From Nitrosopumilus sp. (GTDB lineage: Archaea > Thermoproteota > Nitrososphaeria > Nitrososphaerales > Nitrosopumilaceae): a DNA stretch of 64,000 nucleotides. Of the stretch, positions 10,179-17,758 are shown piece after piece. The position numbers and the translations under genes were made by a program. The DNA lies in assembly GCA_024644105.1 (NCBI GenBank), contig JAHELP010000001.1:20672-84671 (forward strand), in the 5' to 3' direction. Position 1 is the first letter of the stretch; every line of letters starts with the position of its first letter. The notes below the pieces were generated by a model, which worked only from the letters and a program-made list of their open reading frames with translations, had not been told where the DNA came from and made no database searches.

Positions 10179-11201
10179 ATGGATTTTTTAAAAATTAATG
10201 GTGCTCATGGAGAAGGAGGTGGACAAATAATTCGATCAGCTATTACACTTTCATGTATTACAAAAAAACCAGTTCATATAGATAACATTAGAAAAAATAG
10301 AAAAGTTCCAGGTCTAAGACCACAACATCTTTCTGCAATTACTATTCTTCAAAAAATTGTAAATGCAAAAGTAATTGGGGCAGAAATAGGTTCAACAGAA
10401 ATTAAATTTATTCCAGGTAAGATTGAAAATTTGGATTTAGTTGAGGATGTAGGTACTGCTGGGAGCATTCCATTAATTTTACAAGTTTTAATTCCAGTAG
10501 TATCTATTTCACAAAAAAAATTAAATCTAAGAATCAAAGGTGGAACAGATGTACTCTGGAGTCCAACTATTGATTATACTCAATGTGTTCTAAAAGAAGC
10601 ATACACTAGAATGGGAATTAATTTTACATTTGAAGTAAAAAAACGAGGATATTATCCAAAAGGAGGAGGGGAAATTAAATTGCAAATTTCCACATCTAAT
10701 TTAAAATCAATATCATTTTCTAAAAGAAAAACAAAAAATGTAAAATTAATTTGTTCATTTTCAAAATTATCAAAAGAAAAAATTGAGGATGAAATTAATA
10801 AAATTGTAAAAAAATTAACTGATCTTAATTTTATTGTTGATGTAGAAATTAAAGATGAAGAAGCTCTGGATCAAGGGGCAACTCTGTTAGTTTACAGCAT
10901 TGATGATAGTTCTATTATAGGAATGGATGCATTATTCAATAGTAAAACGGGTAAATTTGATTTAGATATCGAAAATTTTATTACAAATTACTCTATTGAC
11001 GAAAATTTAGCAGACATGTTAATAGTTCCTACTAGTTTAATTTTAGGAAAGACAATTTTGCCTGTTAGAAAAATTACAAAACATTTAGAGACAAATTTGT
11101 TTGTTACATCCAAAATTACAGGCTGTAAATATGGAATTGGTAAAACAAGTTATGGGTATGAAGTAATAATTGAAGGAATTTCAAACTCCTGCATCAAGTA
11201 A
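10179..11201 (+). CDS. rtcA: RNA 3'-terminal phosphate cyclase
   Basis: 340 aa. N-terminal 'GEGGGQIIRSAITLS' and 'PGLRPQHL', characteristic of RtcA. Confidence 0.85.
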   Translation: MDFLKINGAHGEGGGQIIRSAITLSCITKKPVHIDNIRKNRKVPGLRPQHLSAITILQKIVNAKVIGAEIGSTEIKFIPGKIENLDLVEDVGTAGSIPLILQVLIPVVSISQKKLNLRIKGGTDVLWSPTIDYTQCVLKEAYTRMGINFTFEVKKRGYYPKGGGEIKLQISTSNLKSISFSKRKTKNVKLICSFSKLSKEKIEDEINKIVKKLTDLNFIVDVEIKDEEALDQGATLLVYSIDDSSIIGMDALFNSKTGKFDLDIENFITNYSIDENLADMLIVPTSLILGKTILPVRKITKHLETNLFVTSKITGCKYGIGKTSYGYEVIIEGISNSCIK

Positions 11202-11678
11202 TGAAGCAAAAAATAGAATTGCTACAGATAAAACTACAGTAATTTCGCCAAGTATGATAATTTTTTTTCTTAATTTTTGAATTTCAGGTTCAGGCATTTG
11301 GTTTGACATTATTTTTTCTTCAACATCTTTTCGAATTACTCTAACATGAACAGCATATGTAATAATTAATGCAACGACAAGAATTATCTTAATAATTAGA
11401 AATGAACCATAACTAGTTGAGACTAGAAGATCAGGTTTAGCAATTAAAGCATGAGAAGTATACAAACCTGTTACCATTAGGATTATCAATGAGGGTACAG
11501 CAATTTTGTTAAATCGTTTTCCAACACGAATCATAATTTGCATTCGTTCTTCAACAGAATTGGTCATTGTTTTTAAAAGTGGAGAAAATACAATTCCAAT
11601 AAATAGAGAACCTCCAACCCAGATTGAAGCAGATATTAGATGAATCCAAGTGATAATTGCTTGCTCTATTGCAGCCAT
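11181..11678 (-). CDS. CopD-domain membrane protein
   Basis: 165 aa with 4 predicted TM helices. 'HLISASIWVGGSLFIGIVFSPLL' resembles the CopD family. Convergent 21-nt overlap with rtcA. Confidence 0.55.
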   Translation of the reverse strand: MAAIEQAIITWIHLISASIWVGGSLFIGIVFSPLLKTMTNSVEERMQIMIRVGKRFNKIAVPSLIILMVTGLYTSHALIAKPDLLVSTSYGSFLIIKIILVVALIITYAVHVRVIRKDVEEKIMSNQMPEPEIQKLRKKIIILGEITVVLSVAILFFASLLDAGV

Positions 11679-11744
11679 AGTTTATGATATTTTAAATCAA
11701 ATATTATGTATTTGGATCTTGACAACCTTTTTTAGTTAAACAAA

Positions 11745-12254
11745 TTGGAAATCAATGATTTGGCACTTCAAAGTAAAATGACAGTATATGCAGCAATAGC
11801 TGGAGTTTTTGCTTTAATGGGAGGAATTGTTTTCTATGCAAGTCTTGATAATATTGAACTAGATCAAATAGAAATTGAATTAACAAATGTAGAATTAAGA
11901 GATGTAAACACTGTAAACAATCAAGCAAAGCTTGAGGTTACATTTTTGGTAAAAAATCCCAGTGATAAAACATTAACAGTTTCACTGATTGATTTCCAAT
12001 TGTTTGGAAATGGTGAATTATTAGGTTCAGGATTATATTCTACGGCCGATATTGCATTGCCTGGAAGAGCATTATTTTATTCAGGTGCAGAGATTCCGCT
12101 GAAAAATACATTTGTTTTAACAAAGTCTGAAGAAAATTCAGAATTATATGATGATATAATTAATGAAAGAATTTCTAGTTTTAGTGCTGAAGGAAAGATC
12201 ACTACTCAAACTTCATGGAGTGAAACTGACAAAGATTTCAAAACAGGTTATTAA
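11745..12254 (+). CDS. Membrane-anchored LEA_2/WHy-like protein
   Basis: 169 aa. N-terminal TM helix followed by a beta-rich domain ('KLEVTFLVKNPSDKTLTV...FQLFGNGELLG'). Paralogous by eye to 17759-18211. TTG start. Confidence 0.4.
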   Translation: MEINDLALQSKMTVYAAIAGVFALMGGIVFYASLDNIELDQIEIELTNVELRDVNTVNNQAKLEVTFLVKNPSDKTLTVSLIDFQLFGNGELLGSGLYSTADIALPGRALFYSGAEIPLKNTFVLTKSEENSELYDDIINERISSFSAEGKITTQTSWSETDKDFKTGY

Positions 12255-12262
12255 TTAAAAAG

Positions 12263-12336
12263 TGGGCCTAATGAGATTCGAACTCATGATCACCGCCATG
12301 TCGAGGCGGTATCCTAACCAGCTAGACTACAGGCCC
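12263..12336 (-). tRNA. tRNA-Val (anticodon GAC), no encoded CCA
   Basis: Hand-folded cloverleaf. Acceptor GGGCCTG/TAGGCCC, T-arm ATGAG-TTCGAAT-CTCAT, anticodon stem CCGCC/GGCGG with loop TCGACAT, discriminator A. Position 33 reads C rather than U. Confidence 0.8.
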
Positions 12337-12403
12337 ATTGAAAAATAAATCAAATAATTGACATTATTAACGTTTAACAAAAGAAAGAATCAGGGTTGAA
12401 TAG

Positions 12404-13114
12404 ATGACAGAAAATTTTACAGATGAAGAAAAAAGAGGCTTCTATAAGGCAATTTATTCAAGAAGAGATGTAAGATCTCATTTTACCTCAAAACCAATTG
12501 CTGATGAGATATTATCAAAAATTCTTAATGCTGCACATCATGCACCATCAGTTGGATTTTCTCAACCATGGAATTTTATTTTGATTAAAGATATTGAGAC
12601 AAAAAAGAAAATAAAACAATCTTTTGAGCAAGAAAAAAATCGTTCGTCACAATTAGTAGAAGAACCAAAAAAATCAAAATACCTTTCATTCAAGCTAGAA
12701 GGAATTTTGGAATCTCCAATTAATCTCTGTGTAACTTATGATCCTACAAAATTTGGTCCATTTGTTATTGGTAGATCAAGTATTCCAGAAGCAGGACTCT
12801 ATAGTGTTTGTTGTGCAATTCAAAATTTGTGGTTATCAGCTAGAACTGAAGGAGTTGGTCTTGGTTGGGTAAGTATTTTATCCAATGAGACATTAAAAGA
12901 AACTCTAGATTTACCTGAACATGTCATTCCTGTAGCATATTTGTGCTTAGGTTATGTGGATGAATTTGCAGAAAAACCAGATCTTGAAACTAAAGGTTGG
13001 TTACCAAGACTAGAATTGAAAGATGTAGTATTTTTTGAAAAATGGAATGACAAAGAAAATAAAAATTGGAAAAAAATTCAAAATATGATTAAAGAAAATC
13101 TTGATTACGCTTAA
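12404..13114 (+). CDS. bluB: 5,6-dimethylbenzimidazole synthase (BluB, nitroreductase fold)
   Basis: 236 aa. 'YKAIYSRRDVRSHF' and 'AHHAPSVGFSQPWNFILI' match my memory of the BluB signature region. Confidence 0.8.
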   Translation: MTENFTDEEKRGFYKAIYSRRDVRSHFTSKPIADEILSKILNAAHHAPSVGFSQPWNFILIKDIETKKKIKQSFEQEKNRSSQLVEEPKKSKYLSFKLEGILESPINLCVTYDPTKFGPFVIGRSSIPEAGLYSVCCAIQNLWLSARTEGVGLGWVSILSNETLKETLDLPEHVIPVAYLCLGYVDEFAEKPDLETKGWLPRLELKDVVFFEKWNDKENKNWKKIQNMIKENLDYA

Positions 13115-13138
13115 ATAATTAAGAATGTTTTTTTTGCT

Positions 13139-13231
13139 GGGCTTGTAGCGCAGAGTCAATTTGACGCGCAACATGGATAGCGCAGTAGCCTCCTAAGTTA
13201 CAGGTCGAGGGATCGAAGCCCTCCAAGCCCG
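13139..13231 (+). tRNA. tRNA-Arg (anticodon CCU) with an 18-nt non-canonical intron in the D-loop
   Basis: Acceptor GGGCTTG/CAAGCCC, anticodon arm GTAGC-CTCCTAA-GTTAC, T-arm GAGGG-ATCGAAG-CCCTC, discriminator G. The segment between the D-stem halves (GCGC...GCGC) is 28 nt instead of about 10. It contains the hairpin GTCA-ATT-TGAC and a duplicated GCGCA. Confidence 0.8.
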
Positions 13232-13284
13232 TTTATTTTCAATAAGCCATTGGAATTTAAATACAAAGACAAAGGGTTGAGATT

Positions 13285-13815
13285 ATGAAAGTTGTTGTAA
13301 TTTCTGGTAGTCCAAGAAAAAATGCAAATACACAAATCTTAATGAAATATGTTTTTGAATATACAAAATCAAAATATCAAGATACAAAATTAATTAATCT
13401 CTCTGATGGTCACATTGAATACTATAGAGGACCAGATATAGAATACAATGAAACAACAAAATCTGCTGCAAATGATATCATGGATGCAGATGTATGGCTA
13501 ATTGGATCCCCGATTTACAATTCATTCTTTAGTTCAGCGTTAAAAAACTTGTTTGAATATATTGATTATAAAAAAACTCCTGGAAAAGTTGCAGGAATCA
13601 CAATTTTAGCAGCTGGAAATATTGGTTTTATCAACGTCCAGACATTAATCACACAATTGATGTCATACTTTAGAGTAATAACAAATCCAAAAGCTGTATT
13701 TTTAACCACAGAATCTGTAAAAGAAAATTCAATAACGGATGAAGATACAAAAAGTAGACTAAGAGAAATGGTGGATGAAACTTTGGAGATTGCCCTAAAA
13801 TTACATAAAAATTAG
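13285..13815 (+). CDS. NAD(P)H-dependent FMN reductase (flavodoxin-like fold)
   Basis: 176 aa. N-terminal 'MKVVVISGSPRKNANT' and 'LIGSPIYNSFFSSALKN', typical of SsuE/NADPH-FMN reductase family proteins. Confidence 0.7.
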   Translation: MKVVVISGSPRKNANTQILMKYVFEYTKSKYQDTKLINLSDGHIEYYRGPDIEYNETTKSAANDIMDADVWLIGSPIYNSFFSSALKNLFEYIDYKKTPGKVAGITILAAGNIGFINVQTLITQLMSYFRVITNPKAVFLTTESVKENSITDEDTKSRLREMVDETLEIALKLHKN

Positions 13816-14078
13816 CCTCAATTTGGTCTTATGATAGTTTTAACATTGCAGATTAATATGAAAAATAATTTCCATAATTTATCAAAACATGCTACTAGTA
13901 GAATATCCATTTTTTATTTAAAATAGCTAAAATAAACATATCTTATTTAATCAAAAATTATTTTGTATGAAAACTTCCCAAGATCTTAAATCCATAAAAA
14001 TAGTAAAATAATTTTTAGATTTTTTTATTTTAATCAAATCAGATGATAGTGATTAATTTAAAAAAGAATGAAACAAAA

Positions 14079-14116
14079 ATTTTCTCTATTTAGAAAAAAT
14101 CGATTTTCTCTATTTA
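14079..14116. repeat. Perfect 14-bp direct repeat ATTTTCTCTATTTA x2 (24-bp period)
   Basis: Copies at 14079-14092 and 14103-14116, inside the 546-bp extremely AT-rich non-coding gap 13816-14361. Confidence 0.9.
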
Positions 14117-14239
14117 AAATAAATCTCAAAGGGTATAGGAAAAATGTTATTTTAATAGATAAATTATAATTTTGGATCTAAAATACGATCTATTGATGAT
14201 TAAAACATTAAAGTCAAATATTAATAAAATGAAGTGTTA

Positions 14240-14359
14240 TTGAATTTGAATAAAGATCCAACTGAATTATGTTCATGTAAATGTCATTTTGGTGGCGCAG
14301 TTAGTTGTCCAGGTTGCAAAGAAAATCATGGTGAAGTTTGTTGCCATTGTAAAGATTAG
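14240..14359 (+). CDS. Cys/His-rich mini-protein (metallothionein-like), not in the ORF track
   Basis: Hand translation: (L)NLNKDPTELCSCKCHFGGAVSCPGCKENHGEVCCHCKD*. It has 9 Cys and 3 His in 39 aa. Possible starts are GTG 14234, TTG 14240 and TTG 14246, with an in-frame stop upstream at 14225. Confidence 0.35.
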   Translation: MNLNKDPTELCSCKCHFGGAVSCPGCKENHGEVCCHCKD

Positions 14360-14361
14360 AA

Positions 14362-14835
14362 TTATTTTTTCTTAGTTTTTCTTTCTGAAGCTAACATTTT
14401 GAGATTTGCAAGTTCAGTTTTTAGTGATTCAATTTGAACTAAAGTTTCTAAATTAGAAATTTCTTGGTTTAATCTTTCAATTTCACTATCTTTGAGTTTA
14501 ACAGTTTCTTTAACATGGGATAATTCCAATGTTAATTCATTTTGAATTTGTTTAATTTCTGATAAACTTACTTGGGAACCAGTAGATGTTGTTTCAATAG
14601 TTTGTGTACTACTCAAGCTTTTTTTTTCACTGTGAGAGGGTGCATGATTATGCATGTAATCAGTACTTTTTTGTGAAATCCAACAGGTAAATGTCATGAA
14701 CCACGTAATTGGAACTGCCATCAAAAATACAAAGTCCAGTATTGGTGATAAGTCCCAGAATGCCCAAAGTCCAGTTAACACACCTGCAAAAACTCCGGTT
14801 ACTAATGTTGCTAAATGGTTACCAACATATCCCAT
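14362..14835 (-). CDS. Hypothetical membrane protein with C-terminal coiled coil
   Basis: 157 aa. Three N-terminal hydrophobic helices followed by heptad-like 'LSEIKQIQNELTLELSHVKETVKLKDSEIERLNQEISNLETLVQIESLKTELANLK'. Confidence 0.5.
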   Translation of the reverse strand: MGYVGNHLATLVTGVFAGVLTGLWAFWDLSPILDFVFLMAVPITWFMTFTCWISQKSTDYMHNHAPSHSEKKSLSSTQTIETTSTGSQVSLSEIKQIQNELTLELSHVKETVKLKDSEIERLNQEISNLETLVQIESLKTELANLKMLASERKTKKK

Positions 14836-14916
14836 AATTATTTGAAAATTTCATTATTTATAACAGTAATGCTAAAAATCACAAAATAATTAATGAAAAA
14901 GAAAAAAGAGCCGAGT

Positions 14917-15147
14917 TTATTCGTCTGCTTCAGAGGGGGTAGTTGCTTTTGGCATATCTGATTGTAAGATTTGTATTTTTTGCAATAGTTCAGTTCTTAG
15001 ATCTCTTGCAACTCTTCTTACGGTTGGTCTTGGAACGCCAAGTTCATCAACTACTTTGGTGTAAATATCCTGCTTGTCGGTTACCCCTTTGTCAAGATAA
15101 GAATTAATCGCTTCTTTAATTATCGTGCTTTGATTTGTACGATTCAA
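14917..15147 (-). CDS. Small putative HTH DNA-binding protein
   Basis: 76 aa. The segment 'VVDELGVPRPTVRRVARDLR' looks like a helix-turn-helix. No family assignable by eye. Confidence 0.45.
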   Translation of the reverse strand: MNRTNQSTIIKEAINSYLDKGVTDKQDIYTKVVDELGVPRPTVRRVARDLRTELLQKIQILQSDMPKATTPSEADE

Positions 15148-15393
15148 CGAATTCTAAATTTTAATTGTTCTATATAAGACTATAACTTTTGAAATTTGAA
15201 AAGGTCAAATCTAATAAATTTAAATTGCTAATATTTCAGTAGAAACAAAAAATTCCAAAGTCTACTCCAAAAAGTTTTCTAACGAAAAACGTACTTATCG
15301 TTATGGATTTTTCAATATTGTTAAAATATCTGTAAGAATTTTCTAAGACAAATTCACAAAAGACTATTAAGATGTCTTTGTAGATTCAATTTA

Positions 15394-15870
15394 TTGACTA
15401 CAGCAAAAATTGAAACTAACTTAGGAAACATTTCATTTAAACTTCTTCCTGAATTAGCACCTGAGACTGTAAGGAATTTTGAAAAATTAGCTAAGGATGG
15501 ATTCTATGATGGAACTCTTTTCCATAGAGTAATACCAGGATTTATGATTCAAGGAGGAGACCCCAATACAAAAAGTGATAACAAAGGTTCATGGGGAATG
15601 GGAGGACCAGGATATAATATCAAGGCTGAATTTAGTTCAAGATCTCATTTGCGAGGCATTGTTTCCATGGCTAGATCACAAGATCCTGATAGTGCAGGCT
15701 CACAATTTTTCATCGTTACCTCTGACAGTGCGTTTTTAGATAGACAATACACTGTATTTGGTGAAGTAACAGAAGGAATGGATATTGCAGATAAAATTGT
15801 AAAATTAGATAGAGATGGTAATGATTGCCCGTTAGAAAAGGCACAAATGCTTCATGTTACTGTGGGATAA
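15394..15870 (+). CDS. Cyclophilin-type peptidyl-prolyl cis-trans isomerase
   Basis: 158 aa. Contains 'FHRVIPGFMIQGGDP' and 'GSQFFIV...LDRQYTVFGEV'. TTG start. Confidence 0.9.
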   Translation: MTTAKIETNLGNISFKLLPELAPETVRNFEKLAKDGFYDGTLFHRVIPGFMIQGGDPNTKSDNKGSWGMGGPGYNIKAEFSSRSHLRGIVSMARSQDPDSAGSQFFIVTSDSAFLDRQYTVFGEVTEGMDIADKIVKLDRDGNDCPLEKAQMLHVTVG

Positions 15871-16767
15871 ATGATTTCAAAAAAAATACTATTTCTTATA
15901 ATTTCATTAGTTCTTGTAATTCCAGCAGGATATGCTCAGGAAGTAAACTTTGGAGATACAGCAAATCAAAAATTGGTTTTAGTAATTATTAATGATTTAG
16001 GAGAGATTCATGTTAAACATATTGTAAAGTCTTCACATTTACCACAACAAGTTAATCTAATTGAGGGTAATGTTGAAAATTTGATTATAACTGATGAAGA
16101 TGGTGAAGAACAAATACTATCCACATTGGGGGATAATAGTGCAGTAGTTATTTTCCCAACATCCAAAGATTCTATTGTAGATTATGATTTGAAAGATGCA
16201 CTTTTGTTAAAAGATAATATTTGGACACTAGATTTTCTATATCTAGAACAAACAAGTTTTATGCTACCGGAAAAACTTGACATGGTTTTTGTAAATGAAA
16301 GATCATTATATCTAGATGATAAAAAAGGATTTACTTGTCATGGATGTCAAGTAGTTTTAGAATACATGTTTGATCAACCAAGAGATATCATAGAAGTGAA
16401 TTGGGAAGATAAAAAATTTCTTGTAGAGATTAAATCTTTTACTGAAATAGAAAATTTTCAATTTAATCAACCTAGAAAAGAAATAAGTTTTGATGTAAAT
16501 GAAAGTAATCAGTATATTACAACAATAATTCCATTAGAATTATTGTGGGGACCATATGCAGTATTTCTAGATGATGATAAAATGTATTTTGATGACTCGA
16601 AGAATAATGGAACTCATGTTTGGATTAACATGAAACCTAACACCTCAGGTGAAATTACAATTATTGGAACTACAGTTATTCCTGAATTTCCAATTATAGC
16701 TCCCTTAGCTATTGGATTTTTAATGATAATGATGATTCCTTTATTTAGAAAATTTAATCTCCGCTAG
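15871..16767 (+). CDS. Secreted protein with PEF-CTERM-like C-terminal sorting signal
   Basis: 298 aa. N-terminal signal/anchor (ILFLIISLVLVIPAGYA). The C-terminus 'IPEFPIIAPLAIGFLMIMMIPLFRKFNLR' consists of a PEF motif, a TM helix and a basic tail. Its start abuts the ppiase stop. Confidence 0.55.
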   Translation: MISKKILFLIISLVLVIPAGYAQEVNFGDTANQKLVLVIINDLGEIHVKHIVKSSHLPQQVNLIEGNVENLIITDEDGEEQILSTLGDNSAVVIFPTSKDSIVDYDLKDALLLKDNIWTLDFLYLEQTSFMLPEKLDMVFVNERSLYLDDKKGFTCHGCQVVLEYMFDQPRDIIEVNWEDKKFLVEIKSFTEIENFQFNQPRKEISFDVNESNQYITTIIPLELLWGPYAVFLDDDKMYFDDSKNNGTHVWINMKPNTSGEITIIGTTVIPEFPIIAPLAIGFLMIMMIPLFRKFNLR

Positions 16768-16909
16768 AACCACATGAACAGAACCCATATTCATCAATTC
16801 GTACATTACAAATGACACATTTTTCACCATAGTCTACCTCCCATGGTTCTTTTCCAAAAAGCTTGAAATGATCATCAATTTCGATTGGAATTTCTCTTTT
16901 CTTTTCCAA
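16754..16909 (-). CDS. Small CxxC/CxC protein, not in the ORF track
   Basis: Hand translation: (L)EKKREIPIEIDDHFKLFGKEPWEVDYGEKCVICNVRIDEYGFCSCGSSGD*. TTG start. The 3' end overlaps the convergent 15871-16767 gene by 14 nt. Confidence 0.3.
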   Translation of the reverse strand: MEKKREIPIEIDDHFKLFGKEPWEVDYGEKCVICNVRIDEYGFCSCGSSGD

Positions 16910-16957
16910 TGATTTGTATAGTCATTTCAACTATACATACATTATCGGAGATTAGTC

Positions 16958-17149
16958 ATGAAAATTGAATGTGGTTGTCATTGTATAAAATGTAAAAGTA
17001 CAGATTTGGATTCAAATAGAATTGGACAAGTTGAAAAAGATGGGTATTTTGATATGCATCACACTTGTAAACAATGTAATACACATTTCGATCATTTAGA
17101 TGGAGAAGTTTTCTCTGAATGTAAAAAATGTAATTATTTTTCTAGTTAG
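16958..17149 (+). CDS. Small Cys-rich zinc-ribbon-like protein
   Basis: 63 aa with CGCHCIKC, CKQC and CKKC clusters (9 Cys, several His). Confidence 0.5.
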   Translation: MKIECGCHCIKCKSTDLDSNRIGQVEKDGYFDMHHTCKQCNTHFDHLDGEVFSECKKCNYFSS

Positions 17150-17627
17150 CTACTAATTGTTCTTGAGAAAAATAGTGAGTTCTATTTTCTTCAGAATTTT
17201 TCATGATTTCTTTGTTAGAGGCCATTTTTGCTAGAGCTTTTGAAACATCCAATGGACTAGCAGCCCATCCATATTCTCTGAGTTGTTGAACAGTTTCAGT
17301 GACAGTTCTAGGAGAGTCAAAAAACTTACTTGTTTCTAAAATTCTTAATTTTGATTTAATTTCATGAGAAGTAATGTATTTTGGTTCATTGAATTCTGGT
17401 TCATATGCTTCAGCATCATCTAGATATTCTAAACCAAATTGAGCTGGATGTTCAATAGTTGTTGGAGTTGGAGTAGAATCTGTCTCGTATACAATTTTAG
17501 CTTGATTTTCTGGTAAGTGATGAGATAGATCATCAATAATTTCACCTAATGTTTGATTATCAACATAAAAATCTCTAGAGTCAACCTCAATTTCATTTTC
17601 TCCTATTTTGAGCTTAATTCTAGCCAA
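17142..17627 (-). CDS. Hypothetical protein
   Basis: 161-aa ORF with balanced composition. The C-terminal 'TVTETVQQLREYGWAASPLDVSKALAKM' may be winged-helix-like. No family recognised. Confidence 0.45.
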   Translation of the reverse strand: MARIKLKIGENEIEVDSRDFYVDNQTLGEIIDDLSHHLPENQAKIVYETDSTPTPTTIEHPAQFGLEYLDDAEAYEPEFNEPKYITSHEIKSKLRILETSKFFDSPRTVTETVQQLREYGWAASPLDVSKALAKMASNKEIMKNSEENRTHYFSQEQLVAN

Positions 17628-17758
17628 TGCTAAATAATCATATAATTTTGATTTATTCTGTTAGCTCTAATGAGCTTTAAGATTAGATCAAAACTTTTAC
17701 ACAATTTATTGGGTTTTTTTTCCTTTTTGGTTAAAATGTAAATTCATAAAAACCAGTC

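Noticed and set aside
12255-13284. Possible integrated element, because two tRNA genes flank bluB
   Set aside because: There is no integrase, no direct repeat of a tRNA 3' end, and no visible compositional shift. The flanked genes are ordinary metabolic genes.
14194-14265. Possible C/D-box sRNA (UGAUGA at 14194, CUGA at 14262)
   Set aside because: The base before the C box is U rather than a purine. No convincing D'/C' boxes or terminal stem are present. The ~72-nt spacing is long for archaeal C/D sRNAs, and the element overlaps the Cys-rich mini-ORF.
15270-15393. Small inverted repeats upstream of the cyclophilin gene (TAACGA...TCGTTA at about 15280-15302; AAAGAC-N9-GTCTTT at about 15358-15378)
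   Set aside because: The stems are only 6 bp in AT-rich sequence, so chance occurrence is likely. They are noted as possible operator or TATA-overlapping elements but are not strong enough to report as findings.
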